NCBI GenBank assembly: GCA_947624505.1
Contig: CANQKO010000006.1
Location: 1 to 56,443, forward strand
Source: an uncultured Bacilli bacterium
GTDB taxonomy: Bacteria; Bacillota_I; Bacilli_A; RF39; UBA660
DNA length: 56,443 nucleotides
Direction: 5' to 3'
The translations under genes and the position numbers were made by a program. Numbering within the stretch: the stretch's first letter is position 1; the number at the start of each line of letters is the position of its first letter. Below, piece by piece: positions 37,452 through 48,325 of the stretch. Below the pieces are notes generated by a model. The model ran no database searches and was not told where the DNA came from. It worked only from the letters and a program-made list of their open reading frames with translations.

Positions 37452-39569
37452 TTAATTATTAATTAGTTTATCTTCTTTAATAAGTCTATCTATATTTAAA
37501 TAATTATATTTTTCATAATTACTTTTAGCAATTATCTCATTAATATTATAAACGTTTTTAAATTTTAAATAATTTTCTAATGTAGCATAATCCAAATTAT
37601 CAAATTTTATATAATCATCAACTAAATCTTCAATTTCATTATTTATACGATTACTATCTTGATTGTCAAAACCAATTTTATTATTTTTAACAACATCATC
37701 GGTAATAAAGATGAAAGTATTATTAAAATAAATGGTATCTCCTTTATTATCAGTTATATAACCTTCTTTTAATATTTCTTTAATCAATTCTTTAATATTT
37801 TGATGAGCTTCACTATAATTATCAAATAAAACTATATTAAAATTATTGTTTTTTATTTTAGTAAATAAATGATCATCATTATAGCCAACATAACCTTGAG
37901 TAGTACCAACTAACTTGCTAATATCATAACTAGACTTATATTCTTTTAAATCAACTCTAATAAAATTAGCATTAGGAATTTTTTCAGCAATCTTTTTAAC
38001 TATTGTGCTTTTTCCTACACCAATTGGACCTTCTAAATAAATTTTTAAAAACCCTCTTTTATTAAGAAGATTATCTTTAATTAGATTACTTATTTTTTTA
38101 ACATACTTACTAACATTATATAAAGAGTTGTTTATTTCTTCTTCAATGTTATTAATAAAATCCATTTTCTCTTTTGTAAAAATCATTCCGGTTTTATTCT
38201 CTAAGACTTTGATAACATCTTTTTCCCTAACAACTAATTTTTTATTTTTACTAAAGTTTTTTAGTTTTTTATTTATTACCAATTCTTCACTATAAGTTGA
38301 TAAAGCATTATCATAATCATTATGTTTAACATATTCATTCTTTTGCTTTTTTAGTTCTTCAATTTTTTGATATAGTCTTTTCTTTTCTTCATTATTACTA
38401 TATTCATTTTTTACCTTTGAGCATACAGAATCTAAAAAATCAATGGCTTTATCAGGATATTTTTTATTTTTAATAAAAGTATCAGTATATAAAATAACAG
38501 AATCAATAATATTTTCCGGAATAATGACATTATGATGATGTTCATATTCACATTTTACTTTATCCAAAATAACTTTTGTCTCTTTTTGATTTGGTTCGTG
38601 AATATTAATTACTTCAAATCTTCTCATTAATGCTTTATCACTAGAAAAGAATTTATTAAATTCTTCACAAGTTGTGGCTCCAATACATTTGATTTTACCT
38701 CTTGCAAGAGCTGGTTTAAAGATATCTCCTGCTGTAATAGCTCCTTCGGCTCCTCCAGCACTTACCATTGCGTGGATCTCATCAATAAATAAAATTATTT
38801 TTTCTTCAGTTTCTAATTCTTTAATAATCTTTGTTAATTTTTCTTCAAATTCACCACGATATTTAGTTCCCGATACAAGTGATCCCATTTCCAAAGATAC
38901 TACTTTAGCATCAATTAAACTGTCGGGAACTTCCCTTCTTTTAATTCTTCTAACTAATTCTTCTACAATGGCTGTTTTGCCTACTCCAGCATCACCAATT
39001 AAAAGAGGATTATTTTTCTTTTTTCTTAAAAGTGTTTCAATAATTAAATCAATTTCTCTATTTCTGCCTACCACAATTTCCTCATCATTTACAATATCAT
39101 TTAAAATATTACCCGTCTGATATATTTCCAATTTCTTATTAACTAATTTATTATTTTTATTTAAATTTTCATATATTTCATCAATATCTATGTTCATTCC
39201 TACTAGAAGACGAATAGCTATTCCTTCTCCTTCTTCTAAAATAGAAATTACTAAATGTTTAGCAGTAACAACTCCATTATTGTTTTCTTTAGCATTTTCA
39301 ATAGCGTTATTAATTACTCTTTTTAGCATCGGAGTATATAAGTTTATATCACTTCCCTTGGTGGCATTTCCAACCACTAAAACTAATTCTTTTTTAAAAT
39401 TTTCATAAGTTAAACCGTATTCTTTTAAATATAAACTCATTTCTTTATCAGTTGAAAGAATTGCTAAAAGTAAGTGTTCAGTTCCCACATAAGGGTGATG
39501 TAATTCACATCTTATTTCTTCCGCTTTTTTAAAAATATTAGATCCTACTACGCCAAAATTATTAAACAT
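37452..39569 (-). CDS. ClpC-like AAA+ ATPase with a degenerate second module
   Basis: Clp-N (HPYVGTEHLLLA), RKKKNNPLLIGDAGVGKT, LFIDEIH, GATT, PDKAID; NBD2 GPIGVGKS but LFDNY. Confidence 0.85.
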   Translation of the reverse strand: MFNNFGVVGSNIFKKAEEIRCELHHPYVGTEHLLLAILSTDKEMSLYLKEYGLTYENFKKELVLVVGNATKGSDINLYTPMLKRVINNAIENAKENNNGVVTAKHLVISILEEGEGIAIRLLVGMNIDIDEIYENLNKNNKLVNKKLEIYQTGNILNDIVNDEEIVVGRNREIDLIIETLLRKKKNNPLLIGDAGVGKTAIVEELVRRIKRREVPDSLIDAKVVSLEMGSLVSGTKYRGEFEEKLTKIIKELETEEKIILFIDEIHAMVSAGGAEGAITAGDIFKPALARGKIKCIGATTCEEFNKFFSSDKALMRRFEVINIHEPNQKETKVILDKVKCEYEHHHNVIIPENIIDSVILYTDTFIKNKKYPDKAIDFLDSVCSKVKNEYSNNEEKKRLYQKIEELKKQKNEYVKHNDYDNALSTYSEELVINKKLKNFSKNKKLVVREKDVIKVLENKTGMIFTKEKMDFINNIEEEINNSLYNVSKYVKKISNLIKDNLLNKRGFLKIYLEGPIGVGKSTIVKKIAEKIPNANFIRVDLKEYKSSYDISKLVGTTQGYVGYNDDHLFTKIKNNNFNIVLFDNYSEAHQNIKELIKEILKEGYITDNKGDTIYFNNTFIFITDDVVKNNKIGFDNQDSNRINNEIEDLVDDYIKFDNLDYATLENYLKFKNVYNINEIIAKSNYEKYNYLNIDRLIKEDKLINN

Positions 39570-39945
39570 ATTATTCTCCCTTACTATTCTATGTAAATTA
39601 TGAAAAAATTAGAAAAAATTTATGCAAAATCTCTAGAGATTTGACAAAAAATCGTTCATTTTTGCCAAAAAATTTCAAAATTTAAAAGGAAATTGAGAAA
39701 AAAACGCGATATATATTAGTAGAAGGAGGAAAAAAGGTTGAAAATAAAATTTAAAATTTAGGAAATGAAAAAATGTCAATGAAGACTTTAAAATAACCCA
39801 TTTGTTCTTTAAATTTAGAAAACTATTATCATAATATAAACTTTGCAATTATGCTTTATTAGTTTACGATTTATTAAAAAGAACTATTTTAGATTTATTT
39901 GTGATTTAAACAAATAAAAGAAAACAGAAAGGAACGTTTAGAAAA

Positions 39946-42900
39946 ATGAAAAAAAATTTTGTATTTTTTATATTAATTTTTGTTGGATTATTATGTGGAA
40001 TAAAAAATGTTGATGCTGCTAAAGTTAATGAAGAGTTTACTAATTATTATTTTTATCGACGTGGTGGCGGGGAAAAAGACCATTCAGGACTTCTTTATAC
40101 TTATTCAATAGATGGTGATACCACTTACTGTATTGAACCAGGCGTTAAAATTAAAGAAGACGTTGAATATGTTGAATCATCTACTTTACCTTATGATATA
40201 TCTTTAGTAGAGGAAATTGGTTTAATTGGCTATTATGGCTATGATTACCCTAACCATCAAACACTTAGATATCAAATGGCTACCCAACTACTTATTTGGG
40301 AAAAAGTTGGAGGTCAACAAAATGAAGTTTGGACAGAAGCTCAAGGTGGTGGAAGTCTTGTTGATTTGTCTACTGAAAAAGATGAAATAATGAGATTAGT
40401 AAATAACCATCGTAATGTTCCATCATTTAATCGCGAAAATAGAACTACTACCGTTGGTAAAGAAATGATTTTTATTGATAGCAATAACATTTTAGATGAA
40501 TATAAAATTGCTAGTTATCAAGGAGCCGATGTTTACATAGAAGGAAACGAATTACACATAACTCCCACAGTTGAAGGATTAGGATCGGTAACAGTTATAA
40601 GGAAAAACTACACTAATAAAGAAACTAAATTCTTTTATGCTACCGATAGTCAGAAACAAGCCTACTTTGGTCAACCAGTCATTGTGAGCGCAGCTGTATT
40701 TTATAATGCTACCGGTGGAAAAGTAGAAATTACTAAAATCGATGAAAATAAGCAAAAACTTGCCGGAGCAGTTTTTGAAGTATATGATAGTAAAGAGGCT
40801 AAAGTCTGCTCTTTCACCACCGATAATAATGGTTACGGAAAATGTGATGGATTAGGTTATGGCAAATATAAAATCAAAGAAGTAACAGCCCCTAAAGGTT
40901 ATCTTAAAGATAATAATATTTATGAATTTGAATTAAATGATGAAAATAAAAATGTTAATTTTACATTTCAAAATAATATTATTAAAGGATATATTGCTAT
41001 TCAAAAAAAGGATTTTGATACTAATAGTAATACTCCACAAGGTTTAGCCTCTTTAAAAAATGCTGTTTATGTCATTTATGATTTAAAAGAAAATCTTGTA
41101 GATAAAATTACTACTAATGAAGATGGTTATGCTAAATCTAAACTACTACCATTTGGTAACTACATCGTTAAAGAAATTACACCATCTAAAGGATATCTTC
41201 TAGATACCAAAGAATATAAAGTATCTATTAAAGAAAATAATGAGGTTTTATTAGTTTCATCTAAAGAAAAAGTTATTGAAGGATATATTGAAATTAAAAA
41301 AGTTGATTATGACACCAACGAAAGTATTCCAAAAGGCGATGCTTCTTTAGAAGGAGCAATATATGCAATATATGATACTGATAATACATTAGTTGATGAG
41401 CTTACTACTAATGAAGATGGTTACGCTAAATCTAAACTTTTACCATTTGGTAATTATACCGTTAAAGAAATTACACCATCTAAAGGGTATCTTCTAGATA
41501 CCAAAGAATATAAAGTATCTATTAAAGAAAATAATGAAGTTTTATTAGTTTCATCTAAAGAAAAAGTTATTGAAGGATATATTGAAATTAAAAAAGTTGA
41601 TTATGACACCAACGAAAGTATTCCAAAAGGCGATGCTTCTTTAGAAGGAGCAATATATGCAATATATGATACTGATAATAAATTAGTTGATGAACTTACT
41701 ACCGATGAAGATGGTTATGCTAAATCTAAACTTTTACCATTTGGTGATTATACTGTTAAAGAAAAAAAAGCATCGCTTGGTTATAAATTAGATAAAGAAA
41801 AATATCACGTCACTATTAAGAATAATAAAGAAGTTATTAATATCAGATCTAAAGAAGAAATTAAAAAATATGATTTTACTTTAATTAAAACGATGACTGA
41901 TGGTAAAACTGGTGTCGTTAAAACTGAACCAAATGCTGAATTTGATGTATTTTTAAAAAGAAATCATCAATTTGTTAATAGCTTAACTACTGATGAGGAT
42001 GGTAAAGCTATTATCAATCTTCCTTATGGAACTTACGAAGTGTGTCAAACTAAAGGAAATAAGTATACTAATTATGCAGCTTGTTTTGATGTTAATATTA
42101 AAACGCGAAAAGTTGAAAAAGTTATCAATAATGAACCAATTAAGGCATACTTAAAAGTAATAAAAATTGATGAAAAAACTAAAAATAATATTCCTATAAA
42201 AGATATTAAATTTAAAATAAAAGATTTAGACACTAACAAATATGTTTGTCAAAATATAACTTATCCTAATAATCAAAAAATTTGTGAATTTAAAACTAAT
42301 GAGAATGGAATTTTAATTACTCCGGAAAGTTTATCGGGTGGACATTATGCTTTAGAAGAAGTAAAAGAAAAAATAAATGGCTATCTTTGGAATAAAGAAA
42401 ATATTGAGTTTGAAATTAGTAGAGATACTTTTTTTACTAGTGATGATGATTTGGGTTTGATCTATGAAATCAAATTTGCAAATCAACCCGTTAAAGGAAT
42501 AGTTAATGTAAATAAAATTGGTGAAGAGTTAAAAATAGAAAATAATACTTATCATTATGAAGAAATACCTTTAGATAATATTACTTATGAATTATACGCA
42601 AATGAAAATATTTATGCTGGTGATGGCAAGTTAATATATAAAAATGGTGATTTAATTGGAGAATATACGACTAAAAACGGGAAATTTAGTATTACAGACT
42701 TATATTTAGGAAAATACTATTTAATTGAAAAAAATACTTTAGATGGCTATATTTTAGACCAAGAAAAACATTATTTTTCTTTAGAATATTTAGATGAAGA
42801 TACCCCAATTGTTAGTTTAGATCTAACATTTAAAAATTATTTAGAAAAAGGAAAATTAATTTTTAATAAAAAAGATAATGAAAATAATTTATTATCTAAT

Positions 42901-43254
42901 GCTAAAATAGCTATATATAATTATGAAGACGATGAAAATAATGCTAAGAAAATTTTTGAAGGTTTAACTAATGAACTTGGTAATATAACAATCGATGATT
43001 TGTTTATAGGTAAGTATTATTTAATTGAAGAAGAAGCCCCAGAAGGTTATATATTAAATAACACTAAATTATATTTTGAAATAATTAATAATGAGGACGT
43101 TAAAGAATTAGAACTAGAAAATGAACCTGTTAAAACCGAAGATTTTACATTTGACGTACCAAATACTTATGACAATAGTTACATAGAAAGCTTGTTTGTG
43201 ATGTTTTTATTTATCTTAGGTTATATTTATTATGACAAAAAAATTAAAAATTAG
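39946..43254 (+). CDS. thioester-domain (TED) adhesin with SpaA/CnaB repeats; sortase substrate
   Basis: Signal peptide; YCIEPG and TQLLIW motifs; repeated L..G.Y.VKE..AP.GY; VPNTY plus TM plus basic tail. Confidence 0.88.
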   Translation: MKKNFVFFILIFVGLLCGIKNVDAAKVNEEFTNYYFYRRGGGEKDHSGLLYTYSIDGDTTYCIEPGVKIKEDVEYVESSTLPYDISLVEEIGLIGYYGYDYPNHQTLRYQMATQLLIWEKVGGQQNEVWTEAQGGGSLVDLSTEKDEIMRLVNNHRNVPSFNRENRTTTVGKEMIFIDSNNILDEYKIASYQGADVYIEGNELHITPTVEGLGSVTVIRKNYTNKETKFFYATDSQKQAYFGQPVIVSAAVFYNATGGKVEITKIDENKQKLAGAVFEVYDSKEAKVCSFTTDNNGYGKCDGLGYGKYKIKEVTAPKGYLKDNNIYEFELNDENKNVNFTFQNNIIKGYIAIQKKDFDTNSNTPQGLASLKNAVYVIYDLKENLVDKITTNEDGYAKSKLLPFGNYIVKEITPSKGYLLDTKEYKVSIKENNEVLLVSSKEKVIEGYIEIKKVDYDTNESIPKGDASLEGAIYAIYDTDNTLVDELTTNEDGYAKSKLLPFGNYTVKEITPSKGYLLDTKEYKVSIKENNEVLLVSSKEKVIEGYIEIKKVDYDTNESIPKGDASLEGAIYAIYDTDNKLVDELTTDEDGYAKSKLLPFGDYTVKEKKASLGYKLDKEKYHVTIKNNKEVINIRSKEEIKKYDFTLIKTMTDGKTGVVKTEPNAEFDVFLKRNHQFVNSLTTDEDGKAIINLPYGTYEVCQTKGNKYTNYAACFDVNIKTRKVEKVINNEPIKAYLKVIKIDEKTKNNIPIKDIKFKIKDLDTNKYVCQNITYPNNQKICEFKTNENGILITPESLSGGHYALEEVKEKINGYLWNKENIEFEISRDTFFTSDDDLGLIYEIKFANQPVKGIVNVNKIGEELKIENNTYHYEEIPLDNITYELYANENIYAGDGKLIYKNGDLIGEYTTKNGKFSITDLYLGKYYLIEKNTLDGYILDQEKHYFSLEYLDEDTPIVSLDLTFKNYLEKGKLIFNKKDNENNLLSNAKIAIYNYEDDENNAKKIFEGLTNELGNITIDDLFIGKYYLIEEEAPEGYILNNTKLYFEIINNEDVKELELENEPVKTEDFTFDVPNTYDNSYIESLFVMFLFILGYIYYDKKIKN
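40985..41860 (+). repeat. three tandem 294-bp domain repeats (approximate ends)
   Basis: actactaatgaagatgg-like at about 41110, 41404 and 41698; near-identical DNA. Confidence 0.85.
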
Positions 43255-43816
43255 AATAATTATTATTATTTTAATCTCAACCACTATGTATTATTTTCAT
43301 CTTTTTCTTAATCAGCAAAATGAACATTATTTAATTAAAAACTATTTAGAGAATAAAGAAACTAATATTGAAGATAATAATAATAATAATAATAATAGTG
43401 AAAATTATCTGGGTATTTTAAGTATTCCTAAAATTAACTTAGAAAAGGGCTTTTATAATATAAATAATAAAAAAAATAATGTTAATAAAAATATTCAAGT
43501 TTTAAAAAATTCTTCATTTCCTAATGAAAGTAGTGGCATACTTGCTATTGCTTCTCATTCAGGAAATGGTAAGAATGCTTATTTTAAAAATTTGCATAAA
43601 TTAAAATTACAAGATGAAATATATATTAATTTAAATAATATTATTTATACTTACAAAATAATTAATATTTATGAAACTTCTAAAAATGGAAAAATAAATA
43701 TTTCTAAAGAATATAATAATTGCTTAGTATTAACTACCTGCAGCTCTAAGAAAAATAAACAACTTGTTATTATTGCCCAACTAATAACTAAAAAAGCTTC
43801 AATCGAAGCTTTTTAA
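43232..43816 (+). CDS. sortase
   Basis: LSIPKINL, IASHSG, F.NL..L...D.I, LVLTTC. Confidence 0.88.
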   Translation: MTKKLKIRIIIIILISTTMYYFHLFLNQQNEHYLIKNYLENKETNIEDNNNNNNNSENYLGILSIPKINLEKGFYNINNKKNNVNKNIQVLKNSSFPNESSGILAIASHSGNGKNAYFKNLHKLKLQDEIYINLNNIIYTYKIINIYETSKNGKINISKEYNNCLVLTTCSSKKNKQLVIIAQLITKKASIEAF

Positions 43817-44055
43817 TATGGTCTCCCATAAGTTGGATAATAATAACTATAACTATAATTACCATAAGGCATATATGGATTAAATCCTTGATTATAACCA
43901 GGATTTGGCGCAACATTATAAATTGGCCTTGGTCTTGTTAAGCCAACCGCCGCTCCGCCGATTAAAGCTCCTCCTAAAAAAGGTAATAAAAAATAACGTT
44001 CATTATTTAAAGGAGTTACAGGATAATTATTTGGGTAATTTAATCTTCTATACAT
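43813..44055 (-). CDS. small Pro/Tyr/Gly-rich protein, probably spore-coat associated (YmaG-like)
   Basis: PFLGGALIGGA hydrophobic core and YP-rich tail; AAAGGA RBS. Confidence 0.5.
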   Translation of the reverse strand: MYRRLNYPNNYPVTPLNNERYFLLPFLGGALIGGAAVGLTRPRPIYNVAPNPGYNQGFNPYMPYGNYSYSYYYPTYGRPY

Positions 44056-44116
44056 AATACTAATTCCTTTCTTTTTTATATTATGTTTAAATTAATTTTC
44101 AAAATAATTTAATTGC

Positions 44117-44983
44117 CTATAAAGAATACTCCCATATATTTTTTATTTGCCATTCAAGTTCCTCATATGTCCATAATTTATTACTTCTTTTGATACTATT
44201 TGGATCATTAACTACTATTTTACCATCATTAACATCCGAAAGAACTATGAAATGCCCTATGGTTGTAAAATCACCTTTCCGCATACTACAAATAAGAGGA
44301 TGGCCTTTTTCTAAAGCACTAAATACATTGTTTTTTGATAAAGATATAACTTGACTTTTAATACCAAATTTATTGGCTCCATCAGTCATTAAATTCCAAC
44401 TAGTTCCAATATTATGATAATAATACCCATTGTTTTCGGAAAATTCAGCTACTTTCGCTGGTGTCACTTTTATATCCTTTGTAAGACCTACTATTACCAT
44501 TGCTAATGCCGTTGGACCACACCCATCAATAGCGATACTACTATCGCCATATCTAGCATAACCCCATCTTTTATCCCATTGTAGTAATAAAGGGATCCCT
44601 TCGTCTATTTTTCCAACATTATCACTATAAGAATCACCAAATTTTTCTGGATAATCTATAACAAAGTCTAACAAATCTAAATCTCTTGTTAACATTTCCA
44701 AAAGGGCCTCTGGATAGTCATTATATTTATTTATAATATTATCTATTCTTTTATCATATTTTTTTAATACATTTAATTTTTCTAAAGTAGTTAAATTATC
44801 ATCTAATTTTAATTCATTTATGATATCATCTTTATTAACAGTTTCTATTACAAAAGAATTATTTTTTTCAAAGAAAAAATTTTTATTAAAATAAATAATT
44901 CCTGCTAATATTATTAATAATAAAAATATTTTAAAACTATTTTTTAAATGACGCTTCTTTCTTTTTGACATATACTCCTCCAA
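44117..44983 (-). CDS. C39-like peptidase family protein
   Basis: QWD.RWG..YG....GCGPTALAMV, GDFT..GHFIV, V.DPNS. Confidence 0.88.
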   Translation of the reverse strand: MEEYMSKRKKRHLKNSFKIFLLLIILAGIIYFNKNFFFEKNNSFVIETVNKDDIINELKLDDNLTTLEKLNVLKKYDKRIDNIINKYNDYPEALLEMLTRDLDLLDFVIDYPEKFGDSYSDNVGKIDEGIPLLLQWDKRWGYARYGDSSIAIDGCGPTALAMVIVGLTKDIKVTPAKVAEFSENNGYYYHNIGTSWNLMTDGANKFGIKSQVISLSKNNVFSALEKGHPLICSMRKGDFTTIGHFIVLSDVNDGKIVVNDPNSIKRSNKLWTYEELEWQIKNIWEYSL

Positions 44984-45163
44984 CTATTTATAATGATATC
45001 AAAAAAATAATTATTTGTCTTACATCTATCTTATATCTTCCTTATTATTTTCTTAATTTGACATTTTTTAATATCCAAATGTAATTTTTCTATTATCTTC
45101 TCCCTAGATTATCTAGAACCAAAATAAAAGTACCTTTACTTAAAAGATACTTATCTACTCTAA

Positions 45164-45250
45164 TGGTGCTCGTATTCGGACTTGAACCGAAACTTCTATA
45201 AAGAAAACAGATTTTGAGTCTATCGCGTCTACCAATTTCGCCATACGAGC
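45164..45250 (-). tRNA. tRNA-Leu (CAA)
   Basis: GCTCGTATGGCGAAATTGGTAGACGCG-ATAGA-CTCAAAA-TCTGT...GGTTCAAGTCC...GAGCACCA; long variable arm. Confidence 0.92.
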
Positions 45251-45291
45251 AAAACATAAGTAAATTATATCACATTTTTTTATAATTGTAC

Positions 45292-45849
45292 TTATTTTTC
45301 ATCAATTTTTTTATGAGGAAATAAATCTTCTTTTTGATTACTTATATCACTGGTATTTATTTCCGGTAAATCATTTAAAGATGCCAAACCAAAAACATCT
45401 AAAAAGTCTTTTGTTGTGCGATATAAATTAGGTTTTCCCGGTAAATCACTTTTTCCTGATACCTTTATTAAATCTTTACTTAATAATTTTTTAATAACAT
45501 ATGAACTACTTATGCCTCTTATTTCATCTATTTCAATTCTTGTTATTGGCTCATTATATGCAATTATAGCTAATACTTCAAGTTGAGCTTGTGATAAAGT
45601 TTCTTCTTTATTTTGAACTAATTTTTGATAATATTCTTTATGTTCCTTTTTAGTGGTTAATTTAAAAGAATTTCCTAAAAAACTTATCTTTAACCCTCTA
45701 CTATCATCTTCATATTCTTTTTTTAAAATCATCAATAATTCTTTAGCTTTTTCTTCTGTTATTTCTAAAGTATTACAAATATCTTCCATTGTAACGCCTT
45801 CATCACCCATTACAAACAATAATCCTTCTAATACCCCAACTAACTTCAT
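45292..45849 (-). CDS. scpB: SMC-Scp subunit ScpB
   Basis: LS.AQLEVLAIIAYNEPITRIEIDEIRG, PG.P.LY.TT..FL..FGL. Confidence 0.95.
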   Translation of the reverse strand: MKLVGVLEGLLFVMGDEGVTMEDICNTLEITEEKAKELLMILKKEYEDDSRGLKISFLGNSFKLTTKKEHKEYYQKLVQNKEETLSQAQLEVLAIIAYNEPITRIEIDEIRGISSSYVIKKLLSKDLIKVSGKSDLPGKPNLYRTTKDFLDVFGLASLNDLPEINTSDISNQKEDLFPHKKIDEK

Positions 45850-45853
45850 TATA

Positions 45854-46576
45854 TCATACTCTTTCTATCATAATCGTACTAAAAACTCCACTTTGCTTTA
45901 TAGTTATTTCTCTATTTTTACTCATATCTAAAATAGACAAAAAAGTTACTACTATTCCTTCTTTAGTTATAATATCAAATAATTCCGTAAATTCAATTTG
46001 CTTCTTTTCATCTAATATTTTTCTAATTTCTATTATTCTATCTTTAACACTATATTCTCTTCTAGCAACTTTTGTTGTAAGTGGTTTTTTTAAATCCATT
46101 CTTTTTTGCATATCTAAAAATGCCTGTAAAAGCTCATCAATTGAGACATTCCCATTAATTACTTTATTATCCTCAACATATTCATTTAAATTTTCAGGTA
46201 CTTTTGTATAATAAAGCTCTCGATTTTCTTCTAAAGCCTTAAAAGTATCTGTCAAATTTTTATATTTTTCATATTCAATTAATTTATTTCTTAAATCTTC
46301 TTCACTTTTAATTTTATATTCATCTTCTTCATTATTTTCTTCATCTTCATTATTTTTATTAACAAGCATTTTACTTTTTAAATGAATAAGTTCAGAAGAC
46401 ATTACTAAATATTCACTTGCTGTATCAATATCATTTTCATCAATATTAGCAATAAATTCTAAATATTGATCTATTATTTCTCTAATATTAATATTATAAA
46501 TATCCATTTTTGCTACTCTTACTAAATGCAATAATAAATCAAAAGGTCCTTCAAAATCATTAAGTTGTATATTCAT
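45854..46576 (-). CDS. scpA: SMC-Scp subunit ScpA
   Basis: FEGPFDLLLHL, ASEYLVM..L..LKS, VVTFLSIL. Confidence 0.95.
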   Translation of the reverse strand: MNIQLNDFEGPFDLLLHLVRVAKMDIYNINIREIIDQYLEFIANIDENDIDTASEYLVMSSELIHLKSKMLVNKNNEDEENNEEDEYKIKSEEDLRNKLIEYEKYKNLTDTFKALEENRELYYTKVPENLNEYVEDNKVINGNVSIDELLQAFLDMQKRMDLKKPLTTKVARREYSVKDRIIEIRKILDEKKQIEFTELFDIITKEGIVVTFLSILDMSKNREITIKQSGVFSTIMIERV

Positions 46577-46594
46577 AACATCACCATTATAATT

Positions 46595-47536
46595 CTATTT
46601 ACAACTAAAACCGTATGTCTGCATTTCAAAACTAACCACTTTAGGTTCAGAACCAAAGTTATAATAATATTTATTAGTTAAATTCTTACTATTAGTTTTT
46701 TCTAAATCTATCGATACAATAATAGAATAACCATTATCAGTACCATTAAATGTAGCCGTAAAACCTTCCAAAGTATTGTAAGTGTTGGCTTCTCTTTGAT
46801 AATTATTATATCGATTTAAATAATTAGCATCATTTATATTACTATCATTTATGGTATGTTTTATACTAATTAATTTTTCATCAGCAAAGGTATAATTAAT
46901 TTGTTCTCCACTTTTACTACAAGTAAAACTTATTATGCCAGCTTCACTCGGATAATCAACACTTGGATAATCATTAGTGGTTTTTTCAACTATAACAACA
47001 TAATAAAATGGATTATCAACATCTAAACTAAAACTAACTTTACCATTAGCTTCAATACTATTAAAATCTACTTTTATTCTTTGAAGTAAAGTTTTATTTT
47101 GGGTATATAATTCCAAGAAGAATTTATTATTGGTTAAATTAATTATAGCATTTGTATTATTATTAGCATCAAAAGTAAGCTTATTATCACTTAATTTAAA
47201 ATTATTTAAAACTAAACCACTTTCATTTATAGTCAAACCATCTTTAAATTCATAGTAAATAATCTCTTTTGTTTCGTTATTATTACTATTATTTGGAACG
47301 TTTGGTTTATTGCTTGAAGACCCTCCACCAATAGTAATAGCGGTATCTCTTCCTAACAAATTATTTATAAAAACACTAATATCATTAATATAATAAACTA
47401 CTAAGATAAAACAAATAAAGATAAATATTACTCTGCCAATATTTGATTTTTTTTGATAAATATGCCCAATAACTTGCGGCTTTAATTCAATATTTTCTAA
47501 AACAATATTACTAACTTTTTTAACTTTTTTTGCCAT
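46595..47536 (-). CDS. membrane-anchored hypothetical protein
   Basis: N-terminal TM, 313 aa. Confidence 0.7.
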   Translation of the reverse strand: MAKKVKKVSNIVLENIELKPQVIGHIYQKKSNIGRVIFIFICFILVVYYINDISVFINNLLGRDTAITIGGGSSSNKPNVPNNSNNNETKEIIYYEFKDGLTINESGLVLNNFKLSDNKLTFDANNNTNAIINLTNNKFFLELYTQNKTLLQRIKVDFNSIEANGKVSFSLDVDNPFYYVVIVEKTTNDYPSVDYPSEAGIISFTCSKSGEQINYTFADEKLISIKHTINDSNINDANYLNRYNNYQREANTYNTLEGFTATFNGTDNGYSIIVSIDLEKTNSKNLTNKYYYNFGSEPKVVSFEMQTYGFSCK

Positions 47537-47579
47537 AATAATTCTCCCTTATTATCCCATTTTAATCTTTATCTAGATA

Positions 47580-48266
47580 TTACTTTTTACTATTTATTAA
47601 ATCAGTAATTATCTTTTCTAATTCTTGTTTTTCTTCAGTTGTAAGTTCATCATAACCGCTTAATTGTGACGAAACCGTACCTGTATGAAAACCTGTAACT
47701 TCACCATCTTTAATTGCCACTAAAGTTGGTGAATAAATTCTTTTTTCTTGCGTGTCATAGTCGCCACCTTCACCATCTGTAATATAGTAAGCATCTAAAT
47801 ATTCATCTAATAAATCAAGTAATTGATAATAATACTTTGTTCCTTTCTGAGTTGTAACCAATTCGCCATTTTGAATTTCAAATGAAGACTTAATATTTTT
47901 AATATCAAGATAATAGATTGTTTCATTCATTTTTTTTGAAACATCTAGAAGAGTTGGTATTAAACTACGACACCAAGGACAAGTATTAAAGCCCATATAT
48001 ATTATGCCAGTTCCTTCTTGTAACATTTTTACAGCATCTTTTTCCGTTAAATACTTAACTTTATTATCTTCACTTATAACTACGGTCGGATAAACTGCTC
48101 CCTCACTATTAACTTGATCATTTAATTTCATATATTCATTTCTGAATTTTTTAGCATCATCTCTCCATAAATTGTTGCGATTTATTAATAAATATCCACA
48201 TAATATTAAAACAATAACTGTTAAGACAATAATTAAAATTAATATTATTTTATTTCTTTTTTCCAT
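47580..48266 (-). CDS. membrane-anchored thioredoxin-like protein (CPWC)
   Basis: Y.GF..CPWCR, IYY.D, ..PT.V.IKDG. Confidence 0.8.
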   Translation of the reverse strand: MEKRNKIILILIIVLTVIVLILCGYLLINRNNLWRDDAKKFRNEYMKLNDQVNSEGAVYPTVVISEDNKVKYLTEKDAVKMLQEGTGIIYMGFNTCPWCRSLIPTLLDVSKKMNETIYYLDIKNIKSSFEIQNGELVTTQKGTKYYYQLLDLLDEYLDAYYITDGEGGDYDTQEKRIYSPTLVAIKDGEVTGFHTGTVSSQLSGYDELTTEEKQELEKIITDLINSKK

Positions 48267-48325
48267 TTCTTTACCACCTATATAAAATTTTACTATAAAT
48301 ATGCTATTATTGCAAATAGTTAAGA

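Noticed and set aside
43374..43397. (AAT)n tract as a phase-variation switch in the sortase gene
   Set aside because: A trinucleotide repeat keeps the frame; it is a simple poly-Asn linker
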